From positions 10,430 to 74,429 of the forward strand of contig JBBRFA010000003.1 of NCBI GenBank assembly GCA_038225185.1: 64,000 bases of DNA, given 5' to 3'. The translations under genes were made by a program, and so were the position numbers. Below are positions 37,384-45,652 of the stretch, one piece after another. The stretch is from Chthoniobacterales bacterium. Lineage in GTDB: Bacteria; Verrucomicrobiota; Verrucomicrobiia; Chthoniobacterales; DASVRZ01. Position 1 is the stretch's first letter. Each line of letters begins with the position of its first letter. The notes beneath the pieces were generated by a model. It did no database searches and was not told the origin of the DNA. It saw only the letters and a list, made by a program, of their open reading frames with translations.

Positions 37384-38865
37384 ATGTTGTTAAAAACATT
37401 ACTCACCAAAACCGCCGTGGAGGAAGTGCGCGGATCGACCGAGCGGGAAATCACCGGCATCGTTTACGATTCGCGTCGCGTCGTGGCCGGCAGTCTCTTT
37501 TTTGCCGTGCGCGGTGAGAAACTGGTCGGCACCGAATTTATTTATCAGGCAATAGAACGGGGAGCCGAGGCCGTGATCTCCGACGTGGACCTGCCAGCCC
37601 AGCGCATCACCGTGGTGCGGGTAGCCGATACCCGCAGAGCCTTGGCCGATCTCTCCTGCGCTTTTTACAAGCATCCTGCGAGTCGCCTCAAACTGGTCGG
37701 AATAACAGGCACCAATGGCAAAACCACCACCGCCTATCTCGTCAAGCATCTGCTCGAAGAGGCCAGTTTGCGCACAGGACTTCTGGGAACGGTTCGCTAT
37801 GAGATAGGAGATCGCATTCTCCCGGCCGCGCGCACCACCCCCGAAGCACCCGAGATTAACGATCTACTTCAGCAAACCCTCAATGCTGGAGGCAAGGCGG
37901 CAGTCATGGAAGTATCCTCCCACGCGCTCAGCCAGGCTCGTGTGCGTGGGTTGGAATTCGATGTCGCTGTCTTCACTAATCTTACCCAGGATCATCTCGA
38001 CTATCATCGCACCCTCCAATCCTACTTCGAGGCCAAGGCGCTGCTCTTTTTGCAGCTCACCGAGCAATCCAGGAAAAAAGGCGTGGCAGTCATTAATCTC
38101 GACCAATCGCATGGCGAACAATTGATCGCGCGCTTCGGTCAGGAAATAAAAGTCATCACCTACGGTTTTGGGGTCGGAGCCGACTTTCGTGCCTCCAATC
38201 TCAAGACCGAAAGCGGCCTCACCACTTTTCAACTCGACGCAGAAGGAAAAAGCTATCTCGTCAGACTTCCCTTGATCGGTCGCTTCAATATTTCCAACGC
38301 CCTGGCTGCCCTTGCCGCCGCAAGCGGCTTGGGAATTCCCTTGCGCAATTCCGTCAAAGCCCTCGCCTCAGCACCACAAGTGCCCGGCAGATTGCAGGCT
38401 GTCCCCATCAAACGCCAATACCAAATCTTCGTCGATTACGCTCACACCGACGATGCTTTATTAAACGTTCTCCGCACCCTGCGCGAACTTTCCCCCAACC
38501 GTCTCATCGTGGTTTTTGGCTGTGGCGGTGATCGGGACCGCGCCAAACGCCCCAAAATGGGGGCCGTGGCCAGTGAATACGCCGACTATTCCATCGTCAC
38601 ATCTGATAATCCTCGCAAAGAAAACCCCGAAACCATCATCGCCGAAATCACCCAAGCCATGCACCCTGGAAAATATGAAGCCGTCATGGATCGGGCCGAG
38701 GCCATCTACCGGGCTGTTTCTCTGGCACAACCCAGAGACATTATCCTCATCGCTGGCAAAGGGCACGAAACCAATCAGGAATTTGCCGATCATATCATCC
38801 CTTTCGATGACGTCGAAGTCGTCACCAACGCCGTCGGCTTGCAACCTGTCAAAATGGCCATCTAA
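37384..38865 (+). CDS. murE: UDP-N-acetylmuramoyl-L-alanyl-D-glutamate--2,6-diaminopimelate ligase
   Basis: GITGTNGKTTT P-loop, the Mur ligase middle and C-terminal domains, and a DNPR motif (TSDNPRKE) typical of mDAP-adding MurE. Confidence 0.92.
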   Translation: MLLKTLLTKTAVEEVRGSTEREITGIVYDSRRVVAGSLFFAVRGEKLVGTEFIYQAIERGAEAVISDVDLPAQRITVVRVADTRRALADLSCAFYKHPASRLKLVGITGTNGKTTTAYLVKHLLEEASLRTGLLGTVRYEIGDRILPAARTTPEAPEINDLLQQTLNAGGKAAVMEVSSHALSQARVRGLEFDVAVFTNLTQDHLDYHRTLQSYFEAKALLFLQLTEQSRKKGVAVINLDQSHGEQLIARFGQEIKVITYGFGVGADFRASNLKTESGLTTFQLDAEGKSYLVRLPLIGRFNISNALAALAAASGLGIPLRNSVKALASAPQVPGRLQAVPIKRQYQIFVDYAHTDDALLNVLRTLRELSPNRLIVVFGCGGDRDRAKRPKMGAVASEYADYSIVTSDNPRKENPETIIAEITQAMHPGKYEAVMDRAEAIYRAVSLAQPRDIILIAGKGHETNQEFADHIIPFDDVEVVTNAVGLQPVKMAI

Positions 38866-40239
38866 ATGAATTCTCTTTCTGTTAACCAAATCGCTCAAAT
38901 GGCTGGGGGAACCCTCGCAGCCATTTCCCGCGATGCTATCCTGGAACGCGTGGTTACGGATAGCAGACAGGTCAAACCCGGCGATTGTTTCGTCGCTTTA
39001 CGAGGCGAAAAATTCGACGCGCATCAATTTCTTCCCGAGGTAATTGCCCGGGGGGCCACGGCCGTATTGGTCGATCAACCTTACACCTCCACGGTGCCTG
39101 TGATCAAAGTTTCGGATACCCTGGTTGGACTGCAATCTCTAGCAAAAAATTATCGATCCACCCTCAAAATCCAGGTCATCGGAATAACCGGGAGCAACGG
39201 CAAGACTAGCACCAAAGATCTCGCCGCAACCGTCTTTGGCCAGAAACATGCAGTCACCAAGACGGCTGGAAATCTTAACAATCACATCGGTCTTCCGCTT
39301 TCCGTGTTAGCCATTGATGACAGCCACCAGTTTGCCATCCTTGAGATGGGGATGAATCATCCGGGGGAAATAGCGCCACTCGCCGCCATCTCCCAGGCAA
39401 ACGCCGCGATCATCACCAATATCGGAGTCGCGCACATCGAGTTCATGCGCAGCCAGAACGCCATCGCCCGGGAAAAAGGCATGCTGGCAGAAAGCGTTCC
39501 CGCAAATGGCTGCGTCATTCTAAACGCCAACGATCTATTTTCTGCCGGTATCGCAAAGCGTTGCCAGGGAAAAATCCTTCTTGCCGGGATCGACCAGGGC
39601 GACATCATGGCGACACGGCTTCTGGCCGAACCAGACGGCACTCATTTTCTGGTTACTTATCAAAACGAAACCCTCGAAGCCTGGCTCCCGGTCTCGGGAC
39701 GGCACATGGTTGCCAACGCCCTTCTTGCCGTCGCCGCAGCGGTTTTCTTTGGCATTCCTTTTCAGGAGGCTGTCGCCTCGCTCGGGCATGTTCGACTTAC
39801 AGGTGGCCGGTTGGAAACCAGGAAACTAGGCGATTACACCATCATCGACGACACCTATAACGCCAATCCGGATTCCATGGTGGCCGCCTTGCTAACCTTG
39901 CGGGAGATGCCCGTCGCTGGAAGGCGCATCGCAGTGCTCGGAGCCATGGGTGAACTCGGATTTTACGCAGAAGAAGGCCATCGCAAAGTGGGCGAGGCAG
40001 CCTCTGGACTCAATCTCCTGATCACTGTCGGCACCACAGCCCGTTGGATCGCGGAAGCAGCCTCCCGGCACGATGCCCTCGAAATCATCCAAGTCTCCGA
40101 CACTCAGGAAGCAGCGCAGAAACTGGCGCATGTTCTCCAATCTGGCGATACCATTCTTTGCAAAGGCAGTCGTTCGGCACGCATGGAAAAAGTGCTCAGC
40201 GAACTCGAAAACCTGATCCATCCCTCCACCGTCCACTAA
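38866..40239 (+). CDS. murF: UDP-N-acetylmuramoyl-tripeptide--D-alanyl-D-alanine ligase
   Basis: GITGSNGKTSTKD P-loop, LEMGMNHPGEI, and DDTYNANPDSM motifs. Confidence 0.92.
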   Translation: MNSLSVNQIAQMAGGTLAAISRDAILERVVTDSRQVKPGDCFVALRGEKFDAHQFLPEVIARGATAVLVDQPYTSTVPVIKVSDTLVGLQSLAKNYRSTLKIQVIGITGSNGKTSTKDLAATVFGQKHAVTKTAGNLNNHIGLPLSVLAIDDSHQFAILEMGMNHPGEIAPLAAISQANAAIITNIGVAHIEFMRSQNAIAREKGMLAESVPANGCVILNANDLFSAGIAKRCQGKILLAGIDQGDIMATRLLAEPDGTHFLVTYQNETLEAWLPVSGRHMVANALLAVAAAVFFGIPFQEAVASLGHVRLTGGRLETRKLGDYTIIDDTYNANPDSMVAALLTLREMPVAGRRIAVLGAMGELGFYAEEGHRKVGEAASGLNLLITVGTTARWIAEAASRHDALEIIQVSDTQEAAQKLAHVLQSGDTILCKGSRSARMEKVLSELENLIHPSTVH

Positions 40240-41348
40240 TGTTATACTACCTTTCACAATTGGGAGATGCTTTTCCGTTTCAATCGGCGCTGAACGTGTT
40301 TCAATACATCAGTTTTCGTGCAGTCTCAGCCGCGATCACCGCCTTCCTGCTCTGCCTCTTTTTTGGAAATTTCGTCATTCGCAAACTTATTTCCCTCAAA
40401 ATCGGACAGCCGATTCGTTCCAAGGAGGAAGTGCATAAATTGTTCGAGCTGCATGGTGCCAAAAAAGGCACTCCCACCATGGGCGGCGTGCTTCTGATGG
40501 GCGCGGTGGTCGTATCCACTTTGTTGTGGGCCAAATCCGATAATCATTTCGTCTGGCTTGCCTTGGTGACCGTCGTCTTTCTAGCCACCGTGGGGTTTAT
40601 TGATGACTATCTAAAAGTGAAGAGAAAAAAATCCGACGGTCTTCCCGGCAGACTCAAATTACTCGCCCAGTTTGGTCTCGCCACCGCTGTTGTCTGCGTG
40701 TTATGGAACGACCCTATTTCCTCCGCCCAGGTCAAGGAACTTTACATTCCATTTTATAAGGAACCCTTGTTAACGTTTGGCTTTGTGGGAGCACTGGTCT
40801 TTTACTCGGCCATTATTGTCGGCACTTCCAACGCGGTAAATCTTACGGACGGCCTCGATGGTCTTGCCACTGGTTGCACCATTACCACGGCTGCCACCTA
40901 TGCCTTGTTTTGCTGGGCCACTGGAAATGCCGTGGTCGCGAAATACCTCCAAATACCCCATAACGTCTTCGTCTCCGAACTCACCGTCGTCTGCATGGCT
41001 CTGGCTGGGGCCGGGCTGGGGTTTCTCTGGTTTAACGCGCATCCCGCCCGGGTATTCATGGGTGACACAGGATCGCTCTCCATCGGAGGTTTGCTGGCGA
41101 TTGTCGCCATTTGCTGCAAACAGGAGCTACTCTTGATCGTCGTCGGCGGTATTTTTGTCATCGAAGCATTATCGGTCATCATCCAGGTCGTTAGTTTCAA
41201 AACCACTGGCAAACGGGTCTTTAAAATGTCCCCGATCCATCATCATTTTGAACTGATGGGATGGAAGGAAAACACGGTCATCGTGCGATTCTGGATTATG
41301 TCGCTTATCTTTGCATTATTAGGTCTGGCAACTTTAAAACTACGCTAA
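40239..41348 (+). CDS. mraY: Phospho-N-acetylmuramoyl-pentapeptide transferase
   Basis: MLYYLSQL... N-terminus (TAATG overlap with murF). GFIDDYLKV, NAVNLTDGLDGLA, and PIHHHFEL motifs. Confidence 0.93.
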   Translation: MLYYLSQLGDAFPFQSALNVFQYISFRAVSAAITAFLLCLFFGNFVIRKLISLKIGQPIRSKEEVHKLFELHGAKKGTPTMGGVLLMGAVVVSTLLWAKSDNHFVWLALVTVVFLATVGFIDDYLKVKRKKSDGLPGRLKLLAQFGLATAVVCVLWNDPISSAQVKELYIPFYKEPLLTFGFVGALVFYSAIIVGTSNAVNLTDGLDGLATGCTITTAATYALFCWATGNAVVAKYLQIPHNVFVSELTVVCMALAGAGLGFLWFNAHPARVFMGDTGSLSIGGLLAIVAICCKQELLLIVVGGIFVIEALSVIIQVVSFKTTGKRVFKMSPIHHHFELMGWKENTVIVRFWIMSLIFALLGLATLKLR

Positions 41349-41350
41349 AA

Positions 41351-42691
41351 ATGGAATTCGCCGGCAAACAGATCGCAGTGTTGGGACTCGCCCGAAGCGG
41401 CGAGTCTGTGGCGCGTCTGTTAGCTTCGCGCGGGGCGCTCGTCTCCGTGTTTGACACCGGCGAAAGCGAGGCGCTTCAAGCGCGGGCCAATCGCTTGCGC
41501 GAATCGGGGATGAAGGCGTTTACCGGACCGGATTTTAACATTACCAAAACCTTCGATCTCGCCGTGATCAGCCCCGGGATCGATCAAGCCACCCCCTTTG
41601 TTCGTCAATTCGTAGATCAAGGCATCCCGCTTTCTGGCGAATTGGAAATCGCATTTCGTTATTGCCAGAAACCCGTCATCGCCATTACCGGCACCAATGG
41701 GAAAACGACCACCACCGAATTGATTAGCGCGATGTTAAATGCAGCCGGCATGCCAACGATCGCCTGCGGAAACATCGGGCTGCCCTTTTCCGAAGTCGTC
41801 GCGCAAATGCAGGATTCGCTCGATATCATCACCCTCGAAGTAAGTTCTTTCCAACTGGAAACCATCGCGACTTTTCGACCTCATATCGCTCTTTGGCTCA
41901 ATTTTACCCCCGATCACCTCGATCGCTATCCCAATCTACAGGCCTACCGGGCCGCCAAATCGCGGATATTCGATCATCAACAATCCACCGATTTTGCCGT
42001 TTGCAATGCCAGCGAGCATTTGCCAGGGATCGTTTCGCGTAAAATCACCTTCAGCGCCTATCATCATCCCGCCGATTTCACCTTGATCGGTGATAGCATT
42101 CATTTTCGCAAAAAACCCGTTGCCGCCCTCGGCTCCTTTCAATTATTAGGTTCTCACAATGCGGAAAATCTAATGGCTGCCCTGGCTGTGGGGATTTCGT
42201 TGGATCTAACTTTTGAGGAAATCCTTCCCCCTTTGCAGGCTTATCGTCCGGCACCGCATCGTTGCGAATTGGTTGCCGAGATCGATGGTGTTCGTTATAT
42301 CAACGACTCCAAGGCCACCAATGTGGATGCGCTGGCCAAGGCACTCACCACCGTGGCTGGCAAAGTGATTCTAATCGCGGGTGGAAAAGATAAAGGGTTC
42401 GAGTTTTCCTCCCTGCGCGAGTTTCTTCCCGGCAAAGTAAAACAGGTCGTTCTCATCGGAGAAATGGCCGAAAGAATCGACCTCGTCTGGCACGACATCG
42501 TCCCTTGCTCCCGGGCCGTTACGCTGCAGGATGCCGTCTCCCATGCCCATGCCATCGCACAACCCGGCGATACGGTGCTCTTTTCACCGGGAACTTCCTC
42601 TTTTGACATGTTCCGCGATTACGCAGACCGCGGGGAACAATTTCGCAAAGCCACCGCCAACCTTCAACTCTCAATCCCAAACCTCATATGA
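41351..42691 (+). CDS. murD: UDP-N-acetylmuramoylalanine--D-glutamate ligase
   Basis: VLGLARSGESVARLL Rossmann-like N-terminus, the GTNGKTTTTELI P-loop, and NDSKATN. Confidence 0.92.
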   Translation: MEFAGKQIAVLGLARSGESVARLLASRGALVSVFDTGESEALQARANRLRESGMKAFTGPDFNITKTFDLAVISPGIDQATPFVRQFVDQGIPLSGELEIAFRYCQKPVIAITGTNGKTTTTELISAMLNAAGMPTIACGNIGLPFSEVVAQMQDSLDIITLEVSSFQLETIATFRPHIALWLNFTPDHLDRYPNLQAYRAAKSRIFDHQQSTDFAVCNASEHLPGIVSRKITFSAYHHPADFTLIGDSIHFRKKPVAALGSFQLLGSHNAENLMAALAVGISLDLTFEEILPPLQAYRPAPHRCELVAEIDGVRYINDSKATNVDALAKALTTVAGKVILIAGGKDKGFEFSSLREFLPGKVKQVVLIGEMAERIDLVWHDIVPCSRAVTLQDAVSHAHAIAQPGDTVLFSPGTSSFDMFRDYADRGEQFRKATANLQLSIPNLI

Positions 42692-43410
42692 ACATTAAAA
42701 ACTTGTTCCAAAAACCCAAGCCCAAAAAACTCAATAACGCCACCCGCCGGGCAGCGGTCCCCATCGCGGAAGATTACGATAGTGAGGAACCTAACGTGCG
42801 CCTATCCAAGGCCTTTTTCGTGGTCATGCTCCTCCATCTCGTCGCAGTTGGCGGTATTTTTGCCTTTAGTTCACTCAAGAAAAATGCTCCGGCAGCTTTT
42901 GAGGAAGCCAGCCAGGAAGTGGGAGTGGATCCCAGCCTGGAGCCAGGCAGCACTCTCTATTCTGTAAAAAAAGAAGATACCTTGGGCAGCATAGCCAGCA
43001 CTCACGGCGTCACTAGAAGCGACCTCGAAAAAGTCAATCGCCTCGCCGGCGGTGCATCGATCCAGACCGGCGACAAACTCATCATCCCAGCCCAATCCTC
43101 GTCCCAGCCAGTCTCGCACGACGTGCAAAAACTATTGCAGCTTTCAGCTAATAAATTTACCGCGTCTTCAACACAAAAAGTTGCCAATACCCTGCCCGTG
43201 AAGCCCGCCTTACCCCTGCATGCCAGCGTCGTGTCCCAAGAAAAACCGGCGGCGAAAGGCAGTCAAATTTATACCGTGGAAAAAGGAGACAACCCGGCTG
43301 CCATCGCCAAGAAACACGGTATCAAATACGTCTCCCTGATCGAGGCCAATCAAATCACCGATCCGAGAAAATTGCAGATTGGACAGAAACTGATTATCCC
43401 GGCTCAATAA
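42688..43410 (+). CDS. Bitopic membrane protein with two LysM domains, embedded in the dcw cluster
   Basis: ATGA overlap with murD. One TM (FFVVMLLHLVAVGGIFAF). LysM 1 is YSVKKEDTLGSIASTHGVTRSDLEKVNRL...GDKLIIP, and LysM 2 is YTVEKGDNPAAIAKKHGIKYVSLIEANQITDPRKLQIGQKLIIP. Confidence 0.85.
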   Translation: MNIKNLFQKPKPKKLNNATRRAAVPIAEDYDSEEPNVRLSKAFFVVMLLHLVAVGGIFAFSSLKKNAPAAFEEASQEVGVDPSLEPGSTLYSVKKEDTLGSIASTHGVTRSDLEKVNRLAGGASIQTGDKLIIPAQSSSQPVSHDVQKLLQLSANKFTASSTQKVANTLPVKPALPLHASVVSQEKPAAKGSQIYTVEKGDNPAAIAKKHGIKYVSLIEANQITDPRKLQIGQKLIIPAQ

Positions 43411-43417
43411 ACCCTTC

Positions 43418-44563
43418 ATGTATCGCAAAAGCATCTATTTTCTGCTGGTGGCCGTTCTCGCAGTGTTAACTGTGGGCTTGATCATGCTTTCCAGCACGGG
43501 AGCTTTTGCACAGGATAGTAAAGGAGATACCTCGGTTTTTCTCCGTAAACAATCCATGTGGCTCGGCATCGGCCTCGTGGGAGCGACGCTGGCCGCCATG
43601 CTGGATTATAATTTCTGGCGCAAAACCTGGCCGATCTGGATGGGACTTTCCATCGTCCTCCTCATTCTCTGTCTTCCGCCTTTTGGAACTAAAATCAACG
43701 GATCCTATCGTTGGATCCGATTGGGAGGATTTAGCTTTCAACCGTCGGAGCTGGCCAAGCTGGCCACGATCACCTTTGCCGCTTTCTGGTTTGCCAGGTA
43801 TGAGGCGGAGGTAAATAGTTTCTGGAAAGGATTTGCCATTCCAATCGGGATCGTCGGTGTCATGATGGGATTGATCTTCGTCGAGACCGATATCGGTGCC
43901 ACGCTCTTGATCGGAGCCACTTTACTATCCGTAATGTTTATTGCCGGCACCCGCTTGCGCTACCTCATTCCAGTGGCGATGCTCGCCCTGGTGGCCGTGT
44001 TTACGGTGGCCAGCAGCATGGATGAACGAGCCGGGCGATTGTTAGCCTTCCGTGATCTGGAGAAATACAAGGAAACTGACGGCCTCCAGCAATATGCCGG
44101 CCTCACCGCTTTGGGTTCCGGCGGCGTCGAAGGCCTGGGCCTGGGGAACGGCAGGCAAAAACTGCTCTATCTTCCCTTTGCCCACACGGATTTTATTTTC
44201 CCCGTCATCGGCGAGGAGTTGGGCCTGCGCGTCACCCTCCTCATCGTCCTCGCCTACGTTGTCATCATTCTCATGGGGTCATTTATCGCCTTGTGTGCCC
44301 GTGATCGCTTTGGCACGTTGCTGGGATTTGGTTGCGTCATGCTAATCGCCATCCAGGCAGTGGTTAATATCGGCGTCACCACCGCATTGTTACCTAACAA
44401 AGGTATGCCATTGCCTTTTGTAAGTTACGGGGGCACCAATCTCTGTGTATGCCTTTTGCTTATCGGCATTCTTATCAGCATTCATCGGCAGGGTGTGGCC
44501 GTATCTCCTGTGGTTATGCCGAGGGTTTTGGCGGCACGCACCCGCCGTCCCATCCACTTGTAA
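43418..44563 (+). CDS. ftsW: SEDS-family peptidoglycan glycosyltransferase FtsW
   Basis: ~10 TM segments. FQPSELAKL, HTDFIF, and LPNKGMPLPFVSYGGT motifs of the FtsW/RodA/SpoVE family. Confidence 0.9.
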   Translation: MYRKSIYFLLVAVLAVLTVGLIMLSSTGAFAQDSKGDTSVFLRKQSMWLGIGLVGATLAAMLDYNFWRKTWPIWMGLSIVLLILCLPPFGTKINGSYRWIRLGGFSFQPSELAKLATITFAAFWFARYEAEVNSFWKGFAIPIGIVGVMMGLIFVETDIGATLLIGATLLSVMFIAGTRLRYLIPVAMLALVAVFTVASSMDERAGRLLAFRDLEKYKETDGLQQYAGLTALGSGGVEGLGLGNGRQKLLYLPFAHTDFIFPVIGEELGLRVTLLIVLAYVVIILMGSFIALCARDRFGTLLGFGCVMLIAIQAVVNIGVTTALLPNKGMPLPFVSYGGTNLCVCLLLIGILISIHRQGVAVSPVVMPRVLAARTRRPIHL

Positions 44564-44566
44564 ATT

Positions 44567-45652
44567 ATGAAAGTCGCAATCGCATGTGGAGGGACAGGAG
44601 GCCATCTTTTTCCAGGGCTGGCAGTGGCGGACGTCCTGCTCGAACGCGGTCACGATGTCCTGGTCTTTATCTCCGAGAAAGAGATCGACGCGCTGGCCAC
44701 TCGCGGGCGTGAGGATCTGCGTTTCGAGAAACTTCCCTCCATCGGCATGCCGCCTGTTTTTTCGCCCGCCATAGTGAGATTTTTCGTGCGTTTTTTTGGG
44801 AGCTATAAACAGTGCCGCCAGATTTTCGATCACTTCAAACCCGACGCCGTGCTGGGCATGGGAGGATTTACCTCCACAGCCCCCATTCTAGCCGGACGAG
44901 CCCGCAAGGCGCCCACGTTTATCCACGAGTCGAATGCGATCCCAGGTAAAGCCAATCGCATGACCGCAAGACTCACCAGAGGTGTTTTATTGGGATTTGC
45001 AGATTGCGCCCCATTTTTTCCCAACAAAAGCGTCGAAGTCACCGGCACCCCCCTGCGTCGAAGCCTGTTACAGCCAGTGGATCGGCCATTCGTTTTCCAG
45101 AAGTTTGATCTCGCAGAAGGGGTGCAAACCCTGCTCGTGATGGGAGGAAGTCAGGGCGCGCAGGGACTTAATCGCGCTGTTTCCGCCGCGCTTGCTTCCT
45201 TCCCGTCCGATTCCTTGCAGGTAATCCATTTTACCGGCAGCCAGGGGGAGGATACTGTTCGCGAGGAATACGCCAGGCAAGGGCGCAGGGCGTTTGTCGC
45301 CGCTTTTTATCATGAGATGCAGGAAGCCTATGCCCTGGCCGATCTCGCAATTGCTCGATCCGGCGCGGCGAGTCTTACCGAGCTGGCTCATTTTGGCATT
45401 CCGTCGATTCTCATTCCCTTTCCCTACGCTGCGGAGGATCATCAGACCTTGAACGCGCAAATTTTTGTCAAAGCAGGTGCCGCCGTGCTTTGCAAGGAAG
45501 AAAATGCCATTGCTGGTGATCTGGCGGAAGTCTTGCAACATCTTATCGAAAAACCGGAGCTGCTCTCTTCCATGCGGAAAAAAACTCTCGCCCTCGACCA
45601 CACGAATGCTGCACAAAAGGTGGCCGATATTCTCGAACGCTCGCAAAAATAA
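44567..45652 (+). CDS. murG: Undecaprenyldiphospho-muramoylpentapeptide beta-N-acetylglucosaminyltransferase
   Basis: ACGGTGGHLFPGLAVA N-terminus, IHESNAIPG, and the ARSGAASLTELA...AEDHQTLNA C-terminal motif. Confidence 0.92.
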   Translation: MKVAIACGGTGGHLFPGLAVADVLLERGHDVLVFISEKEIDALATRGREDLRFEKLPSIGMPPVFSPAIVRFFVRFFGSYKQCRQIFDHFKPDAVLGMGGFTSTAPILAGRARKAPTFIHESNAIPGKANRMTARLTRGVLLGFADCAPFFPNKSVEVTGTPLRRSLLQPVDRPFVFQKFDLAEGVQTLLVMGGSQGAQGLNRAVSAALASFPSDSLQVIHFTGSQGEDTVREEYARQGRRAFVAAFYHEMQEAYALADLAIARSGAASLTELAHFGIPSILIPFPYAAEDHQTLNAQIFVKAGAAVLCKEENAIAGDLAEVLQHLIEKPELLSSMRKKTLALDHTNAAQKVADILERSQK

